From assembly GCA_013152515.1 (NCBI GenBank), contig JAADGD010000283.1, positions 1-46,065 on the forward strand: a DNA stretch of 46,065 nucleotides. The letters run 5' to 3'. Each line of letters begins with the position of its first letter. Within the stretch, counting starts at the first letter, position 1. Made by a program: the position numbers and the translations under genes. Shown here piece after piece: positions 21,549-30,852 of this stretch. This stretch comes from Planctomycetota bacterium (lineage in GTDB: Bacteria > Planctomycetota > Planctomycetia > Pirellulales > Lacipirellulaceae). The notes beneath the pieces are model-generated. The model was not told the origin of the DNA, made no database searches, and worked only from the letters and a program-made list of their open reading frames with translations.

Positions 21549-23414
21549 ATGTGTGGTATCGTTGGGTATGTGGGTTCAAATGAAGCTGCCGATTTTCTCC
21601 TCGAAGGTTTGCGCCGCCTGGAGTATCGGGGATACGACAGTTCGGGAGTCGTCACTACGCAAGGTAGGCAGTTGGGCGTCAAGAAGACGGCAGGGCGAGT
21701 CGAAGAGTTGTCGCAACTTCTCAAGACAAGCCCAGCCACCGGTGGCGTCGGCGTTGGACATACTCGTTGGGCGACACATGGTCCGGCTACCGATGCAAAC
21801 GCTCACCCGCATATGGGCGGCGAACAAGTCGTGGCGTTGGTTCACAACGGCGTCATCGAAAATTATCGTGCGATCCAAGAACGCCTCCTCGAACGCGGCT
21901 ATGAATTCTGTTCCGATACCGACAGCGAAGTGGTCGCCCATCTGCTGGCCTACGAGCTGGAAAACCTGCCCGAGGACCTCTGCGAATCGATCGATCCTTA
22001 CGCGCCGTTGATCGCTGCGGTTCAAAAAACTTTGTCTCAGTTGCAAGGCACGTATGGACTGGCGATGGTTTTTCGCGATTGGCCCGAGGTGATCGTCGCG
22101 GCCCGTCTGGGTAGCCCCTTGGTGCTGGGCGTTGGTGATGGCGAGAACTTTATCGCGAGCGACGGTTCGCCATTGGCTGGCCACACCGAGAAAATAGTCT
22201 ACTTGGCAGACCACGAAATTGCAGTCGTCACGGCCGACACGATCCGTGTGATTCATCGCGACCAGGGCGATGTGCGACACGACGTCAAGGTGCTTGACAT
22301 TGAAACCGCCGATATCGATCTGGGAAGTTTCGATCATTACATGCTCAAAGAGATTTACGAGCAGCCCGAGACGGTCCGCAATGCCCTGCGTGGTCGGCTC
22401 GATCGCGACGAAGCGACGGCCGTTTTTGGCGGCCTGAACTTGACGGCACAGCAGTTGCAATCGGTTCAGCGTTTTGTGTTGACCGCTTGCGGGACGAGTT
22501 GGCACTCAGCGCTCGTCGGCGAATACATGATCGAATCGTTGGCTCGCATTCCTGTCGAAGTCGAGTATGCCAGCGAACTACGTTATCGCAACCCACCGCT
22601 CGGCGCAGGAACGCTGCTGTTCGCATTGACGCAAAGTGGCGAGACCATCGACACGCTTGCCGCACTGCGAGAAATGAAACGCAAAGGACATCCGACCATG
22701 TCGATTTGCAACGTCGTCGGCAGCACGATCGCCCGCGAAGCAGACGGCGGCATCTATTTACATGCGGGGCCTGAAATCGGCGTCGCCTCGACCAAAGCCT
22801 TTACGGCACAATGTGTCGTGATGTCGCTGTTGGCGCTCTATTTCGGCCGCTTGCACCATCTTAGCTACGAAGCCGGGTTGCGCATCATCGACGATCTCGA
22901 AAAATTACCCGAGCAAGTCGAAACCGCGTTGGGCACGCATGACCAAGCTCGACGACTGGCTGAAAAGTATGCCGATTGCAATAATTTTTTGTATTTGGGC
23001 CGGCAGTACAATTTTCCTGCTGCTCTCGAAGGTGCCCTCAAGCTGAAAGAAATTAGTTACATTCACGCAGAAGGGTATCCCGCAGCAGAAATGAAGCATG
23101 GACCGATTGCGTTGGTTGATGAGCATACTCCGAGTGTCTTTATCGTACCGCAAAGTGCTGTTTACGATAAAGTGCTGGCCAATATCGAAGAGATCAAGGC
23201 CCGTGGAGGCCCTGTGATTGCTATCGTCGATGATGGTGATAGTCGTGTTACCCAAGTAGCCGACGATGTGATTGTGGTGCCGACCGTTCCTGACTTCTTG
23301 CAACCAATTGTCGCATCGGTGCCGCTCCAATTGCTGGCGTACCATATCGCCTTGGTGCGCGGCTGCGATGTCGACAAACCTCGCAATCTGGCGAAGAGCG
23401 TGACGGTCGAGTAA
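21549..23414 (+). CDS. glmS: Glutamine--fructose-6-phosphate aminotransferase
   Basis: N-terminal MCGIVG, LEYRGYDS, GHTRWATHG, SIS domains, C-terminal DKPRNLAKSVTVE. Confidence 0.97.
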   Translation: MCGIVGYVGSNEAADFLLEGLRRLEYRGYDSSGVVTTQGRQLGVKKTAGRVEELSQLLKTSPATGGVGVGHTRWATHGPATDANAHPHMGGEQVVALVHNGVIENYRAIQERLLERGYEFCSDTDSEVVAHLLAYELENLPEDLCESIDPYAPLIAAVQKTLSQLQGTYGLAMVFRDWPEVIVAARLGSPLVLGVGDGENFIASDGSPLAGHTEKIVYLADHEIAVVTADTIRVIHRDQGDVRHDVKVLDIETADIDLGSFDHYMLKEIYEQPETVRNALRGRLDRDEATAVFGGLNLTAQQLQSVQRFVLTACGTSWHSALVGEYMIESLARIPVEVEYASELRYRNPPLGAGTLLFALTQSGETIDTLAALREMKRKGHPTMSICNVVGSTIAREADGGIYLHAGPEIGVASTKAFTAQCVVMSLLALYFGRLHHLSYEAGLRIIDDLEKLPEQVETALGTHDQARRLAEKYADCNNFLYLGRQYNFPAALEGALKLKEISYIHAEGYPAAEMKHGPIALVDEHTPSVFIVPQSAVYDKVLANIEEIKARGGPVIAIVDDGDSRVTQVADDVIVVPTVPDFLQPIVASVPLQLLAYHIALVRGCDVDKPRNLAKSVTVE

Positions 23415-23459
23415 AAGTCGCCCTCTCTTTCTACTACTGCACTAACTTCGGAGACTTTG

Positions 23460-23589
23460 AACCACGGATGGCACTGATTTACACGGATGAAGTCTTGGTA
23501 CAATCGGATTTCGATGCAGTCTATCAAATGGCCCTGAGATAAACGGCACAAAGTCTCCATAATCCGTGATATCCGTGCAATCCGTGGTT
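23460..23589. repeat. CACGGAT 9-mer periodic palindrome
   Basis: AACCACGGATGGCACTGATTTACACGGAT ... ATCCGTGATATCCGTGCAATCCGTGGTT. Confidence 0.8.
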
Positions 23590-23656
23590 TTTGACTTAGC
23601 GCTGTAATAATACGCGTCCTGATGAAAAACAGCGTGATGCTGGTGACAAAAAAGTA

Positions 23657-23726
23657 AGCTGCAGATGAACGCAGATGAACGCGGATGGTTTATTTTTGCG
23701 GAGAACATCTGCGTTCATCTGCGGCT
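23657..23726. repeat. CGCAGAT 9-mer periodic palindrome
   Basis: AGCTGCAGATGAACGCAGATGAACGCGGAT ... ATCTGCGTTCATCTGCGGCT. Confidence 0.8.
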
Positions 23727-23853
23727 ATAATAACGCTAGTAACGCACTTTTCAATTCAGATGCATCGTACATTCGGAATAATCCTTGCAATGGTCTCTGC
23801 CGAGCAGCACGATTTTCCTGGAATTCCTCCGTTGGGCATGAGAAAATGGAGGG

Positions 23854-24786
23854 ATGCCATTCTTTTCCCAACAAATCAGATTCTCTCGCCCGACTGGCCT
23901 GCTCGTCATCGCTTGCTGTCTGCTTGCTACGGTTTTGGGTAACCAGCGAATACTTGCTGCGATCACCGTACAGACAACAGATGGGCGGGAACTCCAGGGC
24001 GAAGTCGATGTGCAGACCGACGACCAACTACTTTGGATTCGCCAAGAGAGATCGCATATTGTCCTGACCACTTCGGTGCCTTGGTCAGCGATTGCTTCGG
24101 TGACCGACAATGGGGTAAGTTTACCAATCGATCAACTGTCGGAGTTGCTCCGTCGGCAGGCCAGTAGCGAACCCATTGGTTTTTTGGTGCAAAGTGTCGC
24201 TTACCATGCGCCGACCGATTGTCAGGGCGAATGTTTATCGACGCTGCCAGCGCGTCGCTCGCTTCAAACTCGATCGACACAAGTGCGCAGCTTGAGTGTC
24301 GAGGCATTCTTGGTGAATCTCGACCGAGACGTTGAACCTGATGGGTTTGAATTGGTCATCGCGGCACTCGACGACCACGGCGTGCCCGTCCCCGTGAAAG
24401 GCAGCCTCTACGTTCGCCTGTGGGGAGAACGCCTCCAGTCGCTTGGTTTGCAAGAGCGATACGAGGAACTAGAGCAGTGGAGTCAACCGGTTGCGCCGGT
24501 CGACTTTGCGGACGGGGTGGCGAGCTACGCTTTGCGTTTTCGCAAGACACAACCTGAGTTCGACGCGGGGCTACATTCCGAAGCGATGGTGAATGTGCGT
24601 TTGAGTGTTTCCGGACAAGGCAATTTTTCGGCCAGTGTGCCGGTGCAAATTCGTGCGTTCAATCCGTTTCGCGATCGTTTGCAGTCCTCTCGAGGCGGTC
24701 GGTTCCTGCCTGATGAGTTGACCCAAGAATCACGACACCAACTTCCCTCGCGGTACCACGCGAGACAGAGTGTATGGTCACGTTGA
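23854..24786 (+). CDS. Hypothetical exported protein
   Basis: 310-aa ORF with GGAGG RBS, N-terminal hydrophobic signal and beta-rich body. Confidence 0.7.
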   Translation: MPFFSQQIRFSRPTGLLVIACCLLATVLGNQRILAAITVQTTDGRELQGEVDVQTDDQLLWIRQERSHIVLTTSVPWSAIASVTDNGVSLPIDQLSELLRRQASSEPIGFLVQSVAYHAPTDCQGECLSTLPARRSLQTRSTQVRSLSVEAFLVNLDRDVEPDGFELVIAALDDHGVPVPVKGSLYVRLWGERLQSLGLQERYEELEQWSQPVAPVDFADGVASYALRFRKTQPEFDAGLHSEAMVNVRLSVSGQGNFSASVPVQIRAFNPFRDRLQSSRGGRFLPDELTQESRHQLPSRYHARQSVWSR

Positions 24787-24963
24787 TTCGCCGTCCTGAT
24801 GATCCCGATTCGTTCGGCGATCGGGCTTTGATCTTCTTTCCTCACCTTGTGGTGCCTCCGTCACATTAGGCTCGGAGCAGTGCTCATTTTTACGGCGTTC
24901 CTCTTGCTCGCGTTTCTCAATCAATGACGCCAGTTCCGGCGGTAAATCTAAGCGATTTGGCAT
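24778..24963 (-). CDS. Small 61-aa protein with ERR/DRR motifs, last gene of the pilus operon
   Basis: ATG at 24963 with GAGGT RBS, 25 bp after the secretin stop; MPNRLDLPPELASLIEKRE..EERR..EERRSKPDRR. Confidence 0.6.
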   Translation of the reverse strand: MPNRLDLPPELASLIEKREQEERRKNEHCSEPNVTEAPQGEERRSKPDRRTNRDHQDGEST

Positions 24964-24988
24964 GATGGAATACCTCGTCCAAGGAAAT

Positions 24989-26749
24989 CTAACGGGTAAC
25001 GGAAAAGCTGCGGGCCGCTTGCTGCGCGGTAGGCGGCGATGGTTCTTCCACTGGGGGCAAGTAGATCGGTTTTTCTTCGACACTCGGTCGAGAGATTTCG
25101 ATCGGCGAACCTGACTCGATAACCTCAACGCCAGCGGTCTGTGGCATCGTCGCTAGGTATCTTCGCGTGAAGATGGGAGTCGGATTCGTATAGGTATCAG
25201 GTAATTGAGCCTCGTAAGGTCGCGGGTTACGGTTTAATGGCGGGCACAACAGCGGTTGCTGGGTACGCATCATTTGGTGATCGTTGCGGGCGACTTGGAT
25301 AGGTGCGTAGGGCATGACATGCGGAATTAGTGTGACGATAATTTCGGATCGTCTTTTTATCAGCTTACGCTTCTGGAACAGAACGCCAGCGTAGGGGATG
25401 TCACCCAGCCAAGGTACTTTGCTTTGCTCGTTGCTGTCGGTCTCTTGAATCAGACCGCCAATGACCAGCCCTTGACCATTGTTGAGCAGCACATCGGTTT
25501 CGACTTCGACCGTGTCTTCATTCGGCAATAATTCTGCAATACTGAGAAAGCCTTCTGATACTTTCGGCTTGATTCGCATCAGCACGCGCCCGTCGCGGGT
25601 CACTTGTGGTGTCACGGTCAGCTCGACCCCGACGTTCAGGAACTCAACACTTTGCTGAGTGGTGCCGGAAGCAGTCGCGTTAATGGTTCCTCGAAAGCCA
25701 ATTTTCTGACCACTTTGCAAGTGAGCTTCTTGACCGCTGACGACGAGCATCTCGGTCGAGGCGAGTGATTTGGCATCGGTAGTCGATTTTAGCAATTCGA
25801 CCAGCCCGTCCAGTGAACCGCCGTCCAGTTGGAGAAAACTCGTGTTGGTAGCTGCCGCGCCTGGTGTCGTTGCAGCGCCCAAGGCACCGTTTGCAAACCC
25901 GATGCTAGATAATGCAATTTGGTTCCCGGAGAAGTTTATCAACTGTTGAAGATTCACACCGCTGCGACAATCGTCTTTCAATTCGACTTGCAAGATATTT
26001 GCTTTGATCAGCACCTGACGCGGAGGTTGGTCGACCTGACAAATGTAGTCGGCGATCTGTTGCAGATTGCCGGGGAAGTCGACCACGGCGATGACTTCTC
26101 GCGATTGACGGTTGTCGGCGGCACTACTTTGCGTTACCCAGGATTTTCCGGCTGGCGAGAGCAACCCTTGGACAGTCTGATCGATATCGACCGCTTTGAC
26201 AAAATCAAGCTCAAACGTCTCGACACGTCGCCCACCCGCGCGAGGGGCGATCGTTTGCGCAGCTTCGAGTGTTGTGACGACGATAATTCCCTGATCGTCG
26301 GTCCATGTATGTCCCGAAGAGGCGAGGATCGTTTCGAGAGCTTGCCGCCAAGGGATGCGGGTCAACGATCCGGTCACCTTGATATCTTCTGTGGCGGAAA
26401 AAATGATATTGACCTGTTGTGTTTCGGCGATCATCGCAACAACTTGCTTTAGCGAGGCATCGTGTATTTTTAGTGTGATGAGTCCTTCGCCCTGTTCTTC
26501 GACAACAATCTCGCCCGCATCGGCTGGCTGGGCCAAAGGAATAACTTCTTGCTGAACGTCTTCTGGCAGCGTTTGCCCACTGGTTGACTGAGGGGTGGGT
26601 AAGAGCCCTTGCAATTGGCTTTTCACTGACGGCTCGTTGGCAGACTGAGCACTAGCGGTCCTACTTGTTAGCGCGAGCATCAGCACAAGCAAAGCAATTG
26701 CCAAACACCGAACTACGATATTTTCTCGTGCTTTTGAACTGCGAAGCAT
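24989..26749 (-). CDS. Secretin (PilQ/GspD family)
   Basis: Signal peptide, N0/N3 domains, DQPPRQVLIKANI, VGVELTVTPQV, GLVIGGLIQ, KVPWLGDIPYAG.LF. Confidence 0.92.
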   Translation of the reverse strand: MLRSSKARENIVVRCLAIALLVLMLALTSRTASAQSANEPSVKSQLQGLLPTPQSTSGQTLPEDVQQEVIPLAQPADAGEIVVEEQGEGLITLKIHDASLKQVVAMIAETQQVNIIFSATEDIKVTGSLTRIPWRQALETILASSGHTWTDDQGIIVVTTLEAAQTIAPRAGGRRVETFELDFVKAVDIDQTVQGLLSPAGKSWVTQSSAADNRQSREVIAVVDFPGNLQQIADYICQVDQPPRQVLIKANILQVELKDDCRSGVNLQQLINFSGNQIALSSIGFANGALGAATTPGAAATNTSFLQLDGGSLDGLVELLKSTTDAKSLASTEMLVVSGQEAHLQSGQKIGFRGTINATASGTTQQSVEFLNVGVELTVTPQVTRDGRVLMRIKPKVSEGFLSIAELLPNEDTVEVETDVLLNNGQGLVIGGLIQETDSNEQSKVPWLGDIPYAGVLFQKRKLIKRRSEIIVTLIPHVMPYAPIQVARNDHQMMRTQQPLLCPPLNRNPRPYEAQLPDTYTNPTPIFTRRYLATMPQTAGVEVIESGSPIEISRPSVEEKPIYLPPVEEPSPPTAQQAARSFSVTR

Positions 26750-26770
26750 ACGGTCCGCCAGAGGAGATTG

Positions 26771-27283
26771 CTATGGAGAGCTTAATTTGTTGAGGAAAAT
26801 GCCTTGCGTCGTAATGTCCGTGACTTGATAACCATCGAGAATATCACCCACAACAAGCTTCTGTTCGCCAATTCTTGCCGACTTTTCCTCCTGACCGATG
26901 ACAACAATCGATGCGCCTTGCAGTTGTAATTCGGCCAATTCCCCAGGGTCATCGCTGGTAGTGACGACAGTAAGACTCTCCTGAGCTGCCCAACTGGGTG
27001 GAGTAAATGGATCGCTTGCTAAGGTTTCCGAAAAATTTATCTCTGGCCACGAAGCCCGCTCGTTTTCGTTTTGGGAATCTTTCTCGGTCATGCCTGCTGG
27101 ACTAACCGCAGGTATTTTTGCAGTTTGTAATGTCGCAGAGGGTGAGTTCGTACTAGCGTTTTCTGGCACACTCTCAGACTGCTGCTTCACGACCACTACG
27201 ATCAGCACCAGTACGAGCACGCCAATGAGTGCTAGCTTTCCCGGTGTCGCTCCGATGTTGTCTAGTCCTTGTTGGAAACTCAC
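26771..27283 (-). CDS. PilP/GspC-position bitopic protein
   Basis: N-terminal TM helix, DPF motif, C-terminal 'ARIGEQKLVVGDILDGYQVTDI' beta module; sits between pilO and the secretin. Confidence 0.6.
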   Translation of the reverse strand: MSFQQGLDNIGATPGKLALIGVLVLVLIVVVVKQQSESVPENASTNSPSATLQTAKIPAVSPAGMTEKDSQNENERASWPEINFSETLASDPFTPPSWAAQESLTVVTTSDDPGELAELQLQGASIVVIGQEEKSARIGEQKLVVGDILDGYQVTDITTQGIFLNKLSSP

Positions 27284-27870
27284 AGAACACCTCGCCTCTC
27301 TTTTGTATCGTGGCTCCGACCCTCTGAATACAAGATAAAAGTCAACTGAATTGGATACCCGCGGGAATTCGCCTCCGAAGTTAGCTCGAATTTGGCAAGC
27401 TTCGTAGTCTCGGTAAGCTGCTCAGCCTGCTGAAGAAATTGGCAGATGCTGGCATAGCTACCATGACAGCTGAATTCGATCTCTGTTTGCGAAAACGACG
27501 GTTGCTCTTCCTTTAAGCCTATCTGGTAGTCAAGAACTTCAAGACCTACCTCGTCGGCGATGTCGTTGAGCTCCTCGATCACGATTGATTCCGACGGATG
27601 GTCGGCGAGTTGACGATGCAGCTTGGAGACCGACGTTTTCATTTCGCTCAGGCGATTACGGAGCCGGCGGTACTCGGCTCCTTCGGTTCCCGTTTTCACG
27701 AGAAGTAAGTCAAGCTGCTCGGTGCGGCTCACGTGTCCTGCGTATTTGCGCTGGAGTGGTTGATAAACCAAGGCGTAAAACGTGCCTAGCGTTAGCGCAA
27801 CTACAGCCAAACTGGCTAGATGCAGTGACCCTGCGAACCATCGGTGATGCTGGTTTGTGTTTTTATTCAA
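27280..27870 (-). CDS. pilO: Type IV pilus alignment protein PilO-like
   Basis: TM helix, coiled coil, GSYASICQFL ferredoxin-like motif; operon position. Confidence 0.75.
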   Translation of the reverse strand: MNKNTNQHHRWFAGSLHLASLAVVALTLGTFYALVYQPLQRKYAGHVSRTEQLDLLLVKTGTEGAEYRRLRNRLSEMKTSVSKLHRQLADHPSESIVIEELNDIADEVGLEVLDYQIGLKEEQPSFSQTEIEFSCHGSYASICQFLQQAEQLTETTKLAKFELTSEANSRGYPIQLTFILYSEGRSHDTKERRGVL

Positions 27871-27906
27871 AACGCGAATTCCTTTGATTCAGTCAGTGCA
27901 TCACAC

Positions 27907-28494
27907 TCAGTTTGTACATTGAATCGAAAAAGCTTGTCGCACCTGCTTCCCAACGTGGGAAGTGTGATTCGTAATTAACTCTACCTCTACGAACGGTCCC
28001 AGCTCGCGAAGTGAATCGGTCAGCCGTGTGACCGCACTGCCATCGATGGAAATGCCCACGAGGGCGAAACTTAGTGTTGGTTGTCCATGCGAGGAATTCG
28101 CGGTCTCTCTCGCGAGCGGTTCGCGTTCGATTTCGATCTGCTGGAGGTAGACTTTACCGTCTTGTTTAGTGACTGCCTGAGTTGCGAGTCCAACTAATCC
28201 CAACAGCGGCTGGTGCTTGGCGAGTTCCAGCGGAATTCGTTCTGTTTTTTGAAGCATCGCAATTTGCTTTCGCAGTCTGCGATTTTCGAGTTTCAGTTGT
28301 CGGATCGGCTCATATTCTGCTTCTGCGGCTGCCTGCTTCACTTGTTCTAGATGGCACAATCGCCATTGCGTAAAACCACCTACCGCTAGCATGAACAGTA
28401 CTCCCGAAAAGATGCGCGTCCAGAGACGTAAACAGCCACGGCGCAGCCCACGCTTTTGGGCTCTTTCAGACATTAAGTTTAGAGAGCGTTTCAT
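27907..28494 (-). CDS. pilN: PilN-like protein
   Basis: N-terminal LNLM (INLLP-like) motif, TM helix and coiled coil; ATGA overlap with the pilM stop. Confidence 0.7.
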   Translation of the reverse strand: MKRSLNLMSERAQKRGLRRGCLRLWTRIFSGVLFMLAVGGFTQWRLCHLEQVKQAAAEAEYEPIRQLKLENRRLRKQIAMLQKTERIPLELAKHQPLLGLVGLATQAVTKQDGKVYLQQIEIEREPLARETANSSHGQPTLSFALVGISIDGSAVTRLTDSLRELGPFVEVELITNHTSHVGKQVRQAFSIQCTN

Positions 28495-29576
28495 GAAGCC
28501 TCCCATGCCAACGCGGAAAGGGCAATCGCCTGAGCTAAGAGGCAATCGGCACGAAGATCACACGACACCAGACTTTGACTCGACGACGGAAGCTGCCAGA
28601 GGTGCGTTTCGAGATCTAAACGAGTTGATAGATGCGACCTTAAATTTTTGATCATGCCGCCACCGCCGAATAGATATAGGTGCTGTGGGCCGTGCGTGCG
28701 TCTGACGTATTGATAGTGGGAAAAGGATCGTTTGATTTCTTCTGTAAGCTGCTTTAACGATTCCGAGATGATTTCTTGCACTAAATGCGCAAAATCGTTC
28801 GATTCTTTAATTTCCGGCGAAGAAATGCCATACTCTTCGAGCAATCGCTGGGCTTCGAGCTCGGTGACTTGCAAACTCTCGACGAGCGCGTTCAGCATAT
28901 TGCGGAGCCCGCAGTCTTTCAAACAACGTACATACGCGGGTTGTCCGTTCTCGATGAAACAGAGCGTAGCCCGTCCGCTACCCCAATCGAGTGCCGCGAG
29001 AGGTGTCGTTGAATCTTCAAGGGAGACCATCCTGACTGCGCGAGTCAGGGCTAGAGGCAACCCATCAATCGCTTCACAATTCCAGCCTGCCAGAGCAATG
29101 TCTTCGCAGAGCTGATCGGTCCAGCTTCTCGGCACGGTTAGTGCTTGTGACCAAGCGGGTTTAGAATCCGTCGCAGGAGCCGACCAATAGTCGCACTGCA
29201 ATTCGTCGACCGATTGCTGGGTAGCTGTTTCGATAGCCTGACGGAGAATCTGCGAGGCATTTGCTTCCTGCTCCAGATCACGATCGAGTCGGTGAACATC
29301 GCATAACGACATGGGCAACGTCGCAGCGACTTTGCGGCCACGGTAGCCCTGTTGCAACGATTGGGCAGCTTGCAACTCGTTAAGAGTTGAGGAGGTTTTG
29401 TCGCCCACCACTTGTTCCGTCGGCCAGATTTTTTGCCTGGGAATGACCGCCGAAGCAGCGACGCGCCAGCCTTGCTTATTTCGCGTGACCTGCGCAATCT
29501 TCACGACAGAAGTGCCGATATCGACACCGATCCATCCTAGTTTTCGCTGTGGCAATTTCGTTCGTTCTAGTCTCAT
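28491..29576 (-). CDS. pilM: PilM actin-like pilus assembly protein
   Basis: IGVDIGTSVVKIAQ, LDWGSG, LYLFGGGG motifs. Confidence 0.82.
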   Translation of the reverse strand: MRLERTKLPQRKLGWIGVDIGTSVVKIAQVTRNKQGWRVAASAVIPRQKIWPTEQVVGDKTSSTLNELQAAQSLQQGYRGRKVAATLPMSLCDVHRLDRDLEQEANASQILRQAIETATQQSVDELQCDYWSAPATDSKPAWSQALTVPRSWTDQLCEDIALAGWNCEAIDGLPLALTRAVRMVSLEDSTTPLAALDWGSGRATLCFIENGQPAYVRCLKDCGLRNMLNALVESLQVTELEAQRLLEEYGISSPEIKESNDFAHLVQEIISESLKQLTEEIKRSFSHYQYVRRTHGPQHLYLFGGGGMIKNLRSHLSTRLDLETHLWQLPSSSQSLVSCDLRADCLLAQAIALSALAWEAS

Positions 29577-30769
29577 TAGTTACCTCCCGCAGCAAAAGTC
29601 GAGAGATTGAACACCGGCAGCATCACTGCCAACACGACCACTGCCACGACCCCTCCCATCACGACGGTAATCACCGGCTCCAGCACACCCACGAGCTGCC
29701 GGAGCTTGGCTTCCGATTCATCCTCGTAGTATTCGCCCAGCAGGCTTGTGACTTCGTTGAGGTTGCCAGTGCTCTCGGCGGTAATCAGCATTTCCTTGGC
29801 ACTGGGGGGAACCACCTCAGTTTGATGCAACACGTTGGCTAGGCCTTGTCCGTTGACGACTGCCTCTTCGAGATCGCTGAGTAGTCCTTTGTAAAGCGTG
29901 TTCCCGATGGCCTGTCGTGTCAGCCGTAGGCTTTCGAGTAACGTCACTCCGTTATCCAGCATCAATCCCAACAGTCGGCAAGTTGCGCCGATGCACATTC
30001 CGCAACAGACTTCTCCGATGAGCGGCCCTCGAATCCAGAATCGATCCAATTGTATTCGACCACTCTCGGTCTTTCGCCAGACCAACAGTCCCACCAGAGC
30101 GCCAACCGCCAGCGGCCCCCAGAGCCACCAGCGCGCACGCAGCTCGTCCGCAAACGCTAACAGAAACTGCGTGATCACTGGCAGTGGCATTTCGTACTGG
30201 TCAAAAATTTCGGTAAATCTTGGTAGCACGAACAATACGAGAGCCCCCAGCACCGAGCTAGAGACCAAAAGCAACAAGACGGGGTAAGTCAGTAGTGCTC
30301 GAATCTCGCGTCCACGTCGGATTTCTTTTTTTTGCATACTCGCCAACTGTTGCAAGACTTCGGCCATCCTGCCCGAGGCTTCGCCAGCAGCTACGGTGGC
30401 AACAAAAGTTGGATCGAAGACTGTGGGGTGTAGTTTCAGCGCATCGGAAAATGAACTTCCCGAAAGGATCGAATCGCAAACCTCTGCTAAGACTCTTGCT
30501 AAAGCAGGACGTTGGCATTGGGAAGCGAGAGAGGAAAGTGACGAGGCGAGATCGACTCCCGACTTCGTCATGATCGCCAATTGTGCGGTCAGCTCGGCGA
30601 CTTCTAGTCTGCGAACCGGGCGTCCACGTTGGACACTTAGCAGCGAGGAACTCGTTGGCATGAAGCTAGACGCAGCACGGTCCTCGACATCAGATTGCCA
30701 GCCCGTCGCTGGCAATAATTGGCCTGATGGGCTGGGGAAGGTCGAGTTGTCAATAACTGAAGTGGGCAT
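29576..30769 (-). CDS. pilC: Inner-membrane platform protein PilC/GspF
   Basis: QLAIMTKSGV, AGEASG, LTYP, LPRFTEIF, AESTGNL, LEP...MLPVF duplicated T2SSF motifs. Confidence 0.92.
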   Translation of the reverse strand: MPTSVIDNSTFPSPSGQLLPATGWQSDVEDRAASSFMPTSSSLLSVQRGRPVRRLEVAELTAQLAIMTKSGVDLASSLSSLASQCQRPALARVLAEVCDSILSGSSFSDALKLHPTVFDPTFVATVAAGEASGRMAEVLQQLASMQKKEIRRGREIRALLTYPVLLLLVSSSVLGALVLFVLPRFTEIFDQYEMPLPVITQFLLAFADELRARWWLWGPLAVGALVGLLVWRKTESGRIQLDRFWIRGPLIGEVCCGMCIGATCRLLGLMLDNGVTLLESLRLTRQAIGNTLYKGLLSDLEEAVVNGQGLANVLHQTEVVPPSAKEMLITAESTGNLNEVTSLLGEYYEDESEAKLRQLVGVLEPVITVVMGGVVAVVVLAVMLPVFNLSTFAAGGN

Positions 30770-30852
30770 GTGTGTGACGGACTATGTTTTTCCGTGGCAG
30801 GTTTTCCGTGGTAGTTTGTCTGGGCAGACAGCGTCAACTATTTTTTTTGATA

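Noticed and set aside
21576-22505. Long antisense ORFs (e.g. 8130-8786, 10437-11090, 13279-13944, 16000-16689, 21576-22505, 33375-34115, 44653-45408)
   Set aside because: They shadow well-conserved genes on the opposite strand, as expected from codon bias in GC-rich DNA; no motifs.
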